Shown here: piece after piece, positions 49,917 through 61,482 of the stretch
How the letters are laid out: each line of letters starts with the position of its first letter
Numbering within the stretch: the first letter of the stretch is position 1
Assembly (NCBI GenBank): GCA_029862005.1
Contig: JAOTYD010000006.1
Coordinates: 69,758-133,757, forward strand
Length of the DNA: 64,000 bases
Direction of reading: 5' to 3'
Origin: Gammaproteobacteria bacterium
GTDB taxonomy: Bacteria > Pseudomonadota > Gammaproteobacteria > GCA-001735895
Made by a program: the position numbers and the translations under genes
The notes under the pieces: generated by a model
Databases searched by the model: none
Seen by the model: only the letters and a program-made list of their open reading frames with translations
What the model was told of the DNA's origin: nothing

Positions 49917-50435
49917 ATGAAAAGGCCGATGTCCATCGAAACCGCACGTTTGAGGATTCGATGGCTAAAACCCGGCGACGCAGAATTTATCTATCACCTG
50001 GTCAACGACCCGATGTGGATGCACTACATCGGGGATAAAAATGTCTCGAACCTCGAGGACGCCAAAACCTACATCGAAACCGGTCCTCGTAATATGTACC
50101 GGAACCTGGGATTTGGTTTGAACCTGGTATCGCTTAAAGAGAATGACACGTCAATCGGCATCTGCGGATTATTGAAACGAGAAACTCTCGATGATGTCAA
50201 AATCGGATTTGCCTTGCTGCCCCGGTTCAGAAGACAGGGATATGCATTCGAAGCTGCCACCGCAGTGCTCGAGCAGGGCCGCAGGGATCATAACACATCA
50301 CATGTCCTTGCGATCCTGACAGCGGATAATGAAGCTTCCAAAATGCTGCTGACCAGGCTCGGATTTAAGTACCAGAACAGCTTTCAAAGGGAACCAAAAT
50401 CAGGCATTCTCGATCGATACGTAATCAAATTATGA
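49917..50435 (+). CDS. GNAT-family N-acetyltransferase
   Basis: Acetyl-CoA binding motif region (RRQGYAFEAATAVLE). Confidence 0.85.
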   Translation: MKRPMSIETARLRIRWLKPGDAEFIYHLVNDPMWMHYIGDKNVSNLEDAKTYIETGPRNMYRNLGFGLNLVSLKENDTSIGICGLLKRETLDDVKIGFALLPRFRRQGYAFEAATAVLEQGRRDHNTSHVLAILTADNEASKMLLTRLGFKYQNSFQREPKSGILDRYVIKL

Positions 50436-50450
50436 TTTAAGAAACTACCG

Positions 50451-50918
50451 ATGACATTGCGGCGTATTATGGCGGTATTGATAATCGGCCTGTTATCCCT
50501 TTCGATACAGGCCGCTGATACCGGCGATTACCAGCTGCGAGACATGGATGGAAATCTTTATCGCGTTTCAGATTATCGAGGCAAGTGGTTGATTATCAAC
50601 TTCTGGGCAACCTGGTGTGCACCCTGTATCAAGGAAATACCTGAACTGGAACGCTTTTATCAGCAAAACAAGGCATCTGCGCAGGTATGGGGGGTGACAT
50701 TTGAAGATACCGACAAGATAAAAATCCTCGAGTATATTAATCGTCTAGGTGTCACCTATCCCATCCTCGGGTATGGCCAGGATCCACTCACCGGCTTTGG
50801 CACGGTTACGGTGTTGCCAACCACCTTTGTTATCGATACCAATGGACTTTTCTTCCATCGTTTTGAAGGACCGATAACGAGGCAGGATATATCCAGCGTA
50901 ATTCAGCAATCAAACTGA
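50451..50918 (+). CDS. TlpA-like periplasmic thioredoxin
   Basis: Signal peptide plus WATWCAPC. Confidence 0.85.
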   Translation: MTLRRIMAVLIIGLLSLSIQAADTGDYQLRDMDGNLYRVSDYRGKWLIINFWATWCAPCIKEIPELERFYQQNKASAQVWGVTFEDTDKIKILEYINRLGVTYPILGYGQDPLTGFGTVTVLPTTFVIDTNGLFFHRFEGPITRQDISSVIQQSN

Positions 50919-50997
50919 TCAGACGCGTAATCTAACGTCACTTATTTCCGGTCTTCGATCGATAACCTGTTTTTTATGCGATTAGTGGCTGTCCATG

Positions 50998-51756
50998 CTA
51001 CGCGACCAGTATCGCCGGGCAGCGCAGCGCATTCAGTATTCGAGCCAACTCTTCGACCTTTTCGTGTTGTGACATGATCGCGCAGTCGAAATTCGGGCCG
51101 GCTCGAGACAGCAATTCAAACAGCTTGTCTCTATGAGTCCTGGTTATCGTTATCTCCCCGTGCTTGTCTTCAGTCCCGGTCGCAAATATCGATGACAAAT
51201 CCATATCAGGATCTTCACCAACGACAGTCAATTCAATCCTTTCATGTTGAAAACGTCGCAATACTACGTCGAGCGCATGTTGCTGCCGCGGTGAATCATC
51301 CAGGATCAGCAGGACCCTGCGAGTCTTGGGCACTTGCCCGGATTGCAGTCGGTGCGATACCGGGCGGCTAACAATCGTATAGGACACGTCCAGGTGGGGT
51401 TTGAGACCGATATCCCGCATGCGGCCACGAACCGTGTCGAAGTGCCAGGTAATTTGCGACGCCTGTGCTTCCTTTTGCAGGGATTTCTTGAATTGCAGGG
51501 CAGCAGCCTGAAGTGAGCGCTGCATCTGGTTGGTACTGGTGGGACGTTCACGTGTCGTCGTCAGGGTGATTTCACGCGTACATGGCAATCCTGCGACCCG
51601 GAGTAAATCTTCGTCCTCGATAAACAGGCAGAGCAAACCGGTCTGTACCGACGCTGCCATCTCCACCGCCAGGGTCACAGTGGTGACGGAATAGCTGCTG
51701 ACATCTGCCGCGAGCATCACGTTTGCCTGCTTTTGATTCGGTTGATCTGCCGTCAT
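50998..51756 (-). CDS. hypothetical protein co-transcribed with the Lon-like protease
   Basis: ATG 51756 overlaps the upstream stop (TGATG). There is no recognisable motif. Confidence 0.5.
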   Translation of the reverse strand: MTADQPNQKQANVMLAADVSSYSVTTVTLAVEMAASVQTGLLCLFIEDEDLLRVAGLPCTREITLTTTRERPTSTNQMQRSLQAAALQFKKSLQKEAQASQITWHFDTVRGRMRDIGLKPHLDVSYTIVSRPVSHRLQSGQVPKTRRVLLILDDSPRQQHALDVVLRRFQHERIELTVVGEDPDMDLSSIFATGTEDKHGEITITRTHRDKLFELLSRAGPNFDCAIMSQHEKVEELARILNALRCPAILVA

Positions 51757-54185
51757 CACTTCTTATCCGATTTCGCGGGAGAATTTCCGTTACCATTTCG
51801 TTGAGCGAACTGTTTTTGTATGGATTGCAGCTGCTTGATGCGCTGTTGCACCCTGTAATTGAAACTCTTTTGCGGATAGTTACCGCTGGCGTCAGCCTTG
51901 CCCGGTTCCAGGCCAGTAAGCAGCCGCATTACGTCTTCTACCTGCTCGGCAACGTAAATATTGAACGCTCCTTTTTTGACCGCTTCACGAACATCCTTGT
52001 GCAGCATCAGGTGTGCCTGGTTGGCAGCAGGGATAATAACCCCCTGTTCCTTGTTCAATTCGCGCGCTGTACAGATCTCGAAAAAACCCTCGATTTTTTC
52101 GTTGACACCCCCGATCGCCTGGATTTCGCCCAGTTGATTGATCGAACCGGTAACGGCCAGCGATTGTTTGAGCGGTATTTCACCCAGTGCCGACAACAGC
52201 GCGCACAATTCTGCCGCCGAAGCACTATCGCCGTCGACCATACCGTATGATTGTTCGAAAGCCAGGCTTGCGGCCAGCGGTAAAGGCTGGTTCGCGGCAT
52301 AGCGATGGGCCAGGTAGGACGACAGGATCATAACCCCCTTGGAGTGTATTTCACCACCCAGCTTGGCCTCGCGTTCGATATCAACAACACCGCTGCGGCC
52401 GAGCCTCGCGGTCGCGGTGATGCGGGAGGCCTGTCCAAAACGATAGCCACCAACCTGCAGTAACGAAAGCGCGTTCACCTGGGCAACCCTGCTGCCCTCG
52501 GTATCGATGAGCTTTATGCCACGCAGTACCTGCTCCTGCAACAGTTCGCGGTATCGGTCCTGGCGACGGGTCTGCTTTTCGATTGCCTGCTCGACATCAG
52601 CCAGGCCTATGATTTTCCGGTTTGCCTTGCCTGCCCAGTAATTGGCTTCGTTCACCAAATCGCGCATATCGTCCATATGCAAAGACAGCTTTTCGGTATC
52701 GCCCACGTTGCGTGACGCCTCTTCGATAATTCGGCCAACGCCTGCCTTGTTCAAAGGCCGGACCTCGCTTTTCTGTTGCACTGCCGCGATCATGCGTGCA
52801 TAACCAAGCATGCTCTCAGTGTCACGCTTCGTGGTTTGTGCAAAATCTGCCGATACCTTGAACAACTGTTCAAACTCGTGATCATGGGACCTCAGCAGGT
52901 AATAAAGCCAGGGCTCACCTACCAGGATTACCTTGACGTCGAGTGGCATCGACTCCGGTTCGAGTGAAACCGTGTTAACCAGGCTCAGCATCTGTTCCAG
53001 CGATTGAATCTTGATTTCCCCGGACTTGAGAGCCCCCTTGAGACCCTCCCACGCAAAGCCATGCCTTAACAGATTAAAAGCATCCAGAATCAGGTAACCG
53101 CCGTTGGCGCGATGCAGGGCCCCGGGCTTGATCAAGGTGAAGTTTGTGAGCAGAGTTCCCATCTGGGAAACATACTCGACGCGGCCGATAAGGTTCTGGT
53201 AGGTGGGATTGTCTTCAAACATGATCGGCGCACCCCGGGTATCGGTATTGTCGAGAATAACGTTGATGCTGAAAGCATGAAACTCGGCCACGCGGCTGGC
53301 AATATTATCGGTTCCCTGGGTCTGCTCCGAAGGTAAAAACGCGTTTACGCCCTTGATCGCATTCTCTTTTACCGCTTGCAGATATTGCATGACATCGGGA
53401 TGATCGCGATAGCTGTTTTCCATCCAGGCAATTAATTGCTCTACCGTATGTTCGGTAATTTCCTGGTTCAAAGCCTTGATCCGCTGCAGGTGCTCGCGCT
53501 GCACCAGCGGCATCTGCTGCAAAATAGCCTGCAACTTGGCCTGCAAATCGGTAATCACCTTCTCGATGCGCTGTTTTTCGTCATCGGGGAGTTTCGCGTA
53601 TCCTTGTTGATCAAGCAGGTGACCATCGACCATCGGTCCCATCGTGTAACCACCCGGCGTGCGCATGATGATGATGCCTTTCTCCTCGGCTTCCTTGTCG
53701 AGTTCGTGGAAAACCTGCTCCTGCTGGTCCTGCAGTTCCTGCTCGATTTCCTGTCGCCGCGATTGATATTCCTCGCTCTGAAAAGAGGACGGCAACAGGG
53801 TTAGCAGGTCCTCAACCAGCGTCTCCATGTCGGCGCGCAGTTGCTGACCCATGCCGGCCGGAAGCTTTAACAATCGCGGTCGCTGCGGATTTTCAAAGTT
53901 GTTCACGTAGCACCAGTCGTTACGAGCCTCCAGGTCCTGCGCCTGGCGCGACAGTATCTGCTGCACGAGCTCGTGTTTGCCGAGCCCGGTATTTCCCAGT
54001 ACAAACAGGTTGAAACCCTGCTGATCGATATCGACGCCGAATTCGATTGCTTCCAGCGCCCGGTCCTGTCCCAGCGGTTGATCCAGCAGCTCAAGATCCG
54101 CTGTCGTTTTAAAATCAAACTGCCGCAGGTCGCAGGCCTGGTAAAGGTTTGCGTACTTCAGTGAAACGGGTTTCCTGGTTGCCAT
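51756..54185 (-). CDS. Lon-like ATP-dependent protease (AAA+ domain plus Lon S16 proteolytic domain; YcbZ/LonC-like)
   Basis: Walker A GNTGLGKHE; C-terminal Lon protease domain (...GDSASAAELCALLSALGEIPLKQSLAVTGSINQLGEIQAIGG...). Confidence 0.8.
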   Translation of the reverse strand: MATRKPVSLKYANLYQACDLRQFDFKTTADLELLDQPLGQDRALEAIEFGVDIDQQGFNLFVLGNTGLGKHELVQQILSRQAQDLEARNDWCYVNNFENPQRPRLLKLPAGMGQQLRADMETLVEDLLTLLPSSFQSEEYQSRRQEIEQELQDQQEQVFHELDKEAEEKGIIIMRTPGGYTMGPMVDGHLLDQQGYAKLPDDEKQRIEKVITDLQAKLQAILQQMPLVQREHLQRIKALNQEITEHTVEQLIAWMENSYRDHPDVMQYLQAVKENAIKGVNAFLPSEQTQGTDNIASRVAEFHAFSINVILDNTDTRGAPIMFEDNPTYQNLIGRVEYVSQMGTLLTNFTLIKPGALHRANGGYLILDAFNLLRHGFAWEGLKGALKSGEIKIQSLEQMLSLVNTVSLEPESMPLDVKVILVGEPWLYYLLRSHDHEFEQLFKVSADFAQTTKRDTESMLGYARMIAAVQQKSEVRPLNKAGVGRIIEEASRNVGDTEKLSLHMDDMRDLVNEANYWAGKANRKIIGLADVEQAIEKQTRRQDRYRELLQEQVLRGIKLIDTEGSRVAQVNALSLLQVGGYRFGQASRITATARLGRSGVVDIEREAKLGGEIHSKGVMILSSYLAHRYAANQPLPLAASLAFEQSYGMVDGDSASAAELCALLSALGEIPLKQSLAVTGSINQLGEIQAIGGVNEKIEGFFEICTARELNKEQGVIIPAANQAHLMLHKDVREAVKKGAFNIYVAEQVEDVMRLLTGLEPGKADASGNYPQKSFNYRVQQRIKQLQSIQKQFAQRNGNGNSPAKSDKK

Positions 54186-54299
54186 TCAGTAATACTCGCG
54201 CAACCGGTGACATCAAATACCGACACAGATCAATTCAAGTGTTTAAAGTTTAGACAACCTGGACAGGCATCCCCACCCGCCCGGCACAAATACCGAGGC

Positions 54300-54325
54300 A
54301 AAAAAAAGCCCCGCATAAGCGGGGC
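54300..54325 (-). terminator. Rho-independent terminator downstream of groEL (GCCCCGC-ttat-GCGGGGC plus U8)
   Basis: 7-bp GC stem with an 8-nt U-tract on the minus transcript. Confidence 0.65.
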
Positions 54326-54398
54326 TCTCTCGTTATTGGAACATCTGCGAGACCAGAAGGATTTCTGGCGCCGCTATTGCGAGCGCAGCAGCCAGAAA

Positions 54399-56060
<1,662 letters not shown>

Positions 56061-56073
56061 TTAATATTCCGAA

Positions 56074-56361
56074 TTATTCAACAACCGCGATGATGTCATC
56101 TTCGCGCATGATCAGCAGTTCTTCGCCTTCAACCTTGATTTCGGTGCCGGAGTACTTGCCGAAGTAAACGGTGTCACCCACCTTTACATCCAGGGCGCGT
56201 ATATCACCGGAATCAGTGACTTTACCGTGGCCTGTCGCGAGGATTTCACCCATGCTTGGTTTTTCAGTGGCAGAATCGGGGATGACGATACCACCAGCGG
56301 TGGTGCGCTCCTCTTCCATACGCCTGACGACTACTCGATCATGCAGGGGACGAATTTTCAT
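56074..56361 (-). CDS. groES: co-chaperonin GroES
   Basis: 95 aa, [12 protein letters not shown]... Confidence 0.95.
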   Translation of the reverse strand: MKIRPLHDRVVVRRMEEERTTAGGIVIPDSATEKPSMGEILATGHGKVTDSGDIRALDVKVGDTVYFGKYSGTEIKVEGEELLIMREDDIIAVVE

Positions 56362-56435
56362 TGTTGCTACGCTCCGTAGTTTTCGTTAATGACTTGCCAT
56401 CCGCCAGGGATGGGCCTATTAAGTTTAGTCGCGAG

Positions 56436-56462
56436 TTAGCACTCGCCTTTTGAGAGTGCTAA
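56436..56462 (-). promoter_or_regulatory. CIRCE element (HrcA operator) TTAGCACTC-N9-GAGTGCTAA
   Basis: Perfect match to the CIRCE consensus, positioned just downstream of the sigma-70-like -10. Confidence 0.8.
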
Positions 56463-56489
56463 TAATATTCAGCGGCTTTTCGTAGTCAA
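56462..56489 (-). promoter_or_regulatory. sigma-70-like promoter (TTGACT-N16-TATTAT) for groESL
   Basis: Read on the minus strand. The -10 abuts CIRCE, so the TSS would fall inside the operator. Confidence 0.45.
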
Positions 56490-56492
56490 GAG

Positions 56493-56520
56493 AAATGGGG
56501 TAGAAAATCGAGGATTCAAG
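56493..56520 (-). promoter_or_regulatory. sigma-32 heat-shock promoter (CTTGAAT-N13-CCCCATTT) for groESL
   Basis: Matches the CTTGAAA-N13-15-CCCCATNT consensus on the minus strand. Confidence 0.6.
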
Positions 56521-56545
56521 CGAAATCCTGATAAAAAATTGATTT

Positions 56546-57001
56546 TTATCTCAATTTTTCGTGGGAATCGTCTTCCCGGTGGAATTTGACGCCGTCAATA
56601 ACGTCATCATCGCGATGCGGATGAGCGTGCATGTTGACCGAAGTCGAAACTACCATGCGCGATGCCATACGGCTAACCAGCCAGATACGGGTTGGCGGAA
56701 AAAGCAGCAGGAAGCCCACGGCATCGGTGAAAAACCCGGGCGTGAGCAGTAATGCGCCGGCCACGACGAGCCCCATGCCCTCGAGTATCTCCCGTGCCGG
56801 TAATTCGTTTTCCTGTAATTTACGCTGTGCTCGTGTCAAAGTTGATAACCCCTGTATCCTCAGCAACCAGACGCCGATTACGGCGGTCAATACCACCAAA
56901 AATACGGTCCAACCCGCCCCGATCACCTGGCCAACCTGGATTAACAGGTAGATTTCGACGATTGGCACAATCAGAAAAAGCGTGGCGATCAGTGGGAACA
57001 T
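56546..57001 (-). CDS. fxsA: FxsA family inner-membrane protein
   Basis: 151 aa with a MFPLIATLFLIVPIVEIYLLIQVG-type N-terminus. Confidence 0.8.
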   Translation of the reverse strand: MFPLIATLFLIVPIVEIYLLIQVGQVIGAGWTVFLVVLTAVIGVWLLRIQGLSTLTRAQRKLQENELPAREILEGMGLVVAGALLLTPGFFTDAVGFLLLFPPTRIWLVSRMASRMVVSTSVNMHAHPHRDDDVIDGVKFHREDDSHEKLR

Positions 57002-57122
57002 AAGCTTGGAAATTGGTTAATATCGATTATTTTACTATTCGGGTGTATTACCAGAGTAATACTGATATTTGTACTATATGTGGTTAGCATAACACTTATT
57101 CAATCTCGTCTAAGGAAAACCG

Positions 57123-57440
57123 ATGTCGGAGCATTACCTCGTGATTACATCCTGGCCCGATATTGAGGGAGCCAGACATCAGGCCATGAACTGGCTGCAA
57201 AATAAACTTGCGGCGAGTGTAAACATTTTGCCGCAAATGGACTCTATATATCATTGGAAAGGTGAGCTACGACAGGGTAAGGAACATAAGATTTTCATAA
57301 AAACGAGCGCTGACCGCATCGATGCACTGCAACGGGAAATTAGAGCCGCTCATCCGTATGCCGTAGCCGAAATCTTACAGTTTGAGATAGACTCTGGCGA
57401 ACCCGATTATCTGGACTGGATTACAGCTTCGACGAGATGA
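57123..57440 (+). CDS. cutA: divalent-cation tolerance protein CutA
   Basis: 105 aa CutA1 fold; precedes dsbD as in the E. coli cutA locus. Confidence 0.88.
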   Translation: MSEHYLVITSWPDIEGARHQAMNWLQNKLAASVNILPQMDSIYHWKGELRQGKEHKIFIKTSADRIDALQREIRAAHPYAVAEILQFEIDSGEPDYLDWITASTR

Positions 57441-59887
57441 CGATACTGCGACCTATCTTTGGAATTTTTCTAATCCTGTTGCTGGCCTACAGCCAGCTGC
57501 TGCAAGCCCAGGAAGAGGAACTGCTGCCGCCCGAGCAAGCCTTCGCGCTACAGGCGTGGGTCGATGGCGATGCATTGGTGGCGGAATATAAAATTGCGCC
57601 CGGATATTACATGTACCGCGAACGTTTCGATTTCCAGATCGAAGCGGGCGACGCGCCGGTGCGCTTTGGCACTGCACAAATTCCCAAAGGCAAGATCAAG
57701 GTCGATGAATTCTTCGGCGCAATGGAGACCTACCGCGACCGCGTATTAATAAAGCTACCGCTGGTCTACCAGGCCACTCCGGCGAGCCAATTACAGGTCA
57801 AGGCGGTAAGCCAGGGCTGCGCCGACATCGGGGTTTGTTACCCGCCACTTAAGCAGGTGCTTAAAGTCAACCTGGCGTCGACTGCACGCATTACCCCGAC
57901 TGCCTGGGTCGCAACTGACGTTGGCAACGAGACCGTCAGCGATGACGTTGCGGCCTTGCAAGCGCTACTGGGTGAAGTTACCGAAAACCTTGGAAACCAG
58001 CAACAATCGCAAAGCATCGATAGCGACACGGGTTCGGATGCGCTTGCCATTTTACAGGACCTCGGAGCGGACATCGGGCTCAGCGATGAGGACGAAATTC
58101 TGCACCCCGACCAGGCTTTTATCCTGTCGGCCCGGCTCGATGCCAACAATATCATTCAGTCGAATATCCTATTGGCCGAAAATATATACGTTTATCGGGA
58201 CAAAATTCGGATCGCGGTGGTCGAAGGACAGGGTCATTCGCTTGGGGCGATCTCGCTACCGCGCGGGAAACAGAAGTACGATGAATTCTTCGGCGATACC
58301 GAAGTCATCTACGACCAGATCAATGTATCGATCCCGGTCATTTCCGACGCGGGGGCCAGTGACAAATTTGCTTTGTCTTATACCTACCAGGGCTGTGTCG
58401 AAGACCGCATTTGTTATCCGCCGATAACCAAGTACCTGGCGGTGGATGCCAGTCAAGGATTGCTCGAAGTACGACATGAAATGGCTGCAGGCAGCTCCAC
58501 CAGCGAGCAGCCGCAGAGCGGCGACAATCAGCCGGCGCCGATATCGGAACAGGATCAGTTCGCGCAGCTGTTAAGTAGCGGCAGCTTGTTGTTGATCATC
58601 AGCCTTTTTTTCCTGGCCGGCATCGGCCTTACCTTTACCCCTTGCGTGTTTCCGATGATTCCAATTTTATCCAGCATCATCGCCGGCCAGGGATCATCGA
58701 TAACCACGGGTAAGGCCTTTTTCCTGTCGCTGGTTTACGTGTTGTCGATGGCTGTAACCTACGCCGCTGCGGGCGCGATCGTCGGTTATTATGGTGCCGA
58801 GTTCAACATACAAATCTGGTTCCAGGATCCGATAATCTTGAGCCTTTTCGCGGCGATTTTCGTCCTACTTGCGCTGTCGATGTTCGGCTTTTACGAACTG
58901 CAAATGCCGAATGCAATCCAGTCACGCCTGACCGCGATCAGCAACAGCCAACAGGGCGGCACCTTGATCGGCGTGGGCCTGATGGGATTTTTCTCAGCGA
59001 TAATCGTGGGCCCCTGCATTACCGCACCTCTGGTCGGTGCCCTCATTTTCATTTCTCAAACCCAGGACTGGCAGCTCGGCGGGCTTGCGTTATTTGCACT
59101 CGGACTCGGTATGGGTGTGCCGCTGCTCGTAGTCGGTACCTCGGCGGGCAAATTGATGCCTCGCGCCGGTGGCTGGATGGACACGGTCAAAGCGGTATTT
59201 GGGGTCGTCCTGCTAGGTGTCGCTATCTGGTTGCTCGAACGAATTCTGCCGGTGGGCATGACCATGCTATTGATCGCGGCGTTGTTAATCGCTTCTGCGA
59301 TTTACATGGGGGCGCTGGATTCGCTCGGCGAAGCCGCATCCGGCTGGCAACGCTTTTCCAAATCGCTGGGATTACTGGTGCTGATCTATGGGATTGCTTA
59401 TCTGATTGGCGCCGCTGCCGGTAACAACGACTTGATACAGCCGCTGCGCGGCATCGTCGCCTCGACTGGCGGCAGTGGCGCAAATGCCTCGGAGCATGTC
59501 GTTTTTCGCCAGATCAAGGGTAAGCAAGGCTTACAGGTTGCGTTGCAAAATGCGGCCCAACTCAAGCGCGGCACCGTGCTCGATTTTTATGCCGACTGGT
59601 GTATTTCGTGCAAGGAAATGGAAAAGTACACCTTTTCCGATCCCGAGGTTCGCCAGGCACTCGAATCGCTGTCGCTAGTGCAGGCGGATGTCACCGCCAA
59701 CGACAGGATCGATGTCGAACTAATGTCTTCGTTGGGTATTTATGGCCCACCCGCAATCCTGTTTTACGATGCCAACGGCGAGGAAATCAAGGGTCGAAGA
59801 ATAGTCGGGTTCATGTCGGCCCAGAAATTCAGCGCCCACATTAAAAATACCTATAGTCAGCAATACGTTCGATTGAATGAATACTAG
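57437..59887 (+). CDS. dsbD: thiol:disulfide interchange protein DsbD
   Basis: Tandem duplicated N-terminal DsbD-alpha-like regions (CxxxxxC), an 8-TM core with Cys, and a C-terminal thioredoxin-like domain (WCISC). Confidence 0.9.
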   Translation: MTILRPIFGIFLILLLAYSQLLQAQEEELLPPEQAFALQAWVDGDALVAEYKIAPGYYMYRERFDFQIEAGDAPVRFGTAQIPKGKIKVDEFFGAMETYRDRVLIKLPLVYQATPASQLQVKAVSQGCADIGVCYPPLKQVLKVNLASTARITPTAWVATDVGNETVSDDVAALQALLGEVTENLGNQQQSQSIDSDTGSDALAILQDLGADIGLSDEDEILHPDQAFILSARLDANNIIQSNILLAENIYVYRDKIRIAVVEGQGHSLGAISLPRGKQKYDEFFGDTEVIYDQINVSIPVISDAGASDKFALSYTYQGCVEDRICYPPITKYLAVDASQGLLEVRHEMAAGSSTSEQPQSGDNQPAPISEQDQFAQLLSSGSLLLIISLFFLAGIGLTFTPCVFPMIPILSSIIAGQGSSITTGKAFFLSLVYVLSMAVTYAAAGAIVGYYGAEFNIQIWFQDPIILSLFAAIFVLLALSMFGFYELQMPNAIQSRLTAISNSQQGGTLIGVGLMGFFSAIIVGPCITAPLVGALIFISQTQDWQLGGLALFALGLGMGVPLLVVGTSAGKLMPRAGGWMDTVKAVFGVVLLGVAIWLLERILPVGMTMLLIAALLIASAIYMGALDSLGEAASGWQRFSKSLGLLVLIYGIAYLIGAAAGNNDLIQPLRGIVASTGGSGANASEHVVFRQIKGKQGLQVALQNAAQLKRGTVLDFYADWCISCKEMEKYTFSDPEVRQALESLSLVQADVTANDRIDVELMSSLGIYGPPAILFYDANGEEIKGRRIVGFMSAQKFSAHIKNTYSQQYVRLNEY

Positions 59888-60410
59888 CAAGCTGCCCCTG
59901 CTTGCGATCGGGTTGGTCTCGATGCTGGCTGGTATGCTGCTGTTCAATCTGCTGCCGCCAGACCCGCCGCGACCTCCGATTGCGAGCGAGACGGCTATCG
60001 AACTGGATTCGATACCCCTGACCGACCTGGATGGGAAACAAACCCGGATCGCTGATTGGGAGGCAAATATTCTGATTGTCAATTTCTGGGCTCCCTGGTG
60101 CGCGCCCTGCCGACGCGAAGTGCCGACCCTGATAAAGTTTCACAGGGATTTCGCTGAACGGGGTGTTCGGGTAATGGGAATTGCCTACGATAGTGAATCC
60201 CAGGTAAGTCGGTTTGCCGATGAGTATCAAATTAATTACCCGCTGTTTCTCGCCGGAAATCGTACCGCGATGTATAACGCCGCATTCGGGAATCACAGCG
60301 GTAGCCTACCGTTTACCGCCCTGCTGGACCAAAATCATCGTATCGTGTTTCAGCACAATGGAGAACTCACCGCCAAACAATTGCACGAGCAACTCGAAGC
60401 ACTGTTATAA
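59877..60410 (+). CDS. TlpA-like thioredoxin (membrane-anchored)
   Basis: WAPWCAPC motif; overlaps the dsbD stop. Confidence 0.85.
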   Translation: MNTSKLPLLAIGLVSMLAGMLLFNLLPPDPPRPPIASETAIELDSIPLTDLDGKQTRIADWEANILIVNFWAPWCAPCRREVPTLIKFHRDFAERGVRVMGIAYDSESQVSRFADEYQINYPLFLAGNRTAMYNAAFGNHSGSLPFTALLDQNHRIVFQHNGELTAKQLHEQLEALL

Positions 60411-60544
60411 ACATTCTACGGGCCCGAAAAGACTAAAACTGTCGTTAACTTCGTCAATCTGGCGGTTATCTCTCAAAAACTGGACTCTATCTGGTCGTTA
60501 TGTGAAAATCGCGCCACGCTAGTCCAAATCTGGAAACGTTCAAA

Positions 60545-60988
60545 ATGGCGAACATCCTGGTCATTCATGGCCCCAACCTGAACCTGCTCGGTACCCGTGA
60601 ACCCGAGGTTTACGGTACCGATACCCTTGCCTCGATAAACAAGCACCTCGCCCAGATGGCGGAACAAAACGAGGTAAGGCTCAGGACTTACCAGTCCAAT
60701 ACCGAGGGCAATATCATTAGCTGTATACAGCAGGCAGCTTCGAAGGATATTCAGTTCATCATCATTAATCCCGGCGCTTTCACACATACCAGTATCGCGA
60801 TTCGTGACGCGTTCCTGGCGACTCGAATCCCGTTCATCGAAGTCCACGTGTCCAATGTTTACGCGCGCGAAGATTTCAGAGCGCACTCCTACCTTTCTGA
60901 TATCGCCTTGGGCGTTATCAGTGGCTTCGGCAGAAACAGCTATCTGCTGGCATTCGAGGCCGCTATCATCCATTGCAATCAATCTTAA
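60545..60988 (+). CDS. aroQ: type II 3-dehydroquinate dehydratase
   Basis: [24 protein letters not shown]... Confidence 0.92.
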   Translation: MANILVIHGPNLNLLGTREPEVYGTDTLASINKHLAQMAEQNEVRLRTYQSNTEGNIISCIQQAASKDIQFIIINPGAFTHTSIAIRDAFLATRIPFIEVHVSNVYAREDFRAHSYLSDIALGVISGFGRNSYLLAFEAAIIHCNQS

Positions 60989-61007
60989 TAAGTCGAGAAC
61001 CGCATTA

Positions 61008-61463
61008 ATGGATATTCGCAAAGTAAAAAAATTGATTGAACTCCTCGAGCAATCGGGCATAGCCGAGCTTGAAATCAAGGAAGGTGAGGAGTCGGTCAGA
61101 ATCAGCCGACAGTCGTCAACCAGTGTCCACAGTGCGGCATCGGTAGCCGCCCCGCCAGTATCGACCGCCCCGCCAGTTCCCGCTGCGGCACCCCCGACCT
61201 CGATACCGGAAGTTGCCGATAAAGTAGACGGGCACCAGGTCAAATCGCCAATGGTGGGCACCTTTTATATCGCCGCCTCCCCGACGTCGGGCCCGTTTGT
61301 GACACCAGGGCAGCAGGTGAACATCGGCGATACCCTGTGCATTATCGAAGCCATGAAAATGATGAACCAGATCGAAGCCGACAAGGCCGGCACGGTGCGC
61401 TCCATCATGGTTGAAAATGGCAGCCCGGTCGAGTTTGACCAGGTTTTGTTTATCATCGATTAA
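61008..61463 (+). CDS. accB: acetyl-CoA carboxylase biotin carboxyl carrier protein
   Basis: Ala/Pro linker plus biotinyl-lysine motif EAMKMM. Confidence 0.92.
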   Translation: MDIRKVKKLIELLEQSGIAELEIKEGEESVRISRQSSTSVHSAASVAAPPVSTAPPVPAAAPPTSIPEVADKVDGHQVKSPMVGTFYIAASPTSGPFVTPGQQVNIGDTLCIIEAMKMMNQIEADKAGTVRSIMVENGSPVEFDQVLFIID

Positions 61464-61482
61464 ACCGGCGGGAATCCACTCG

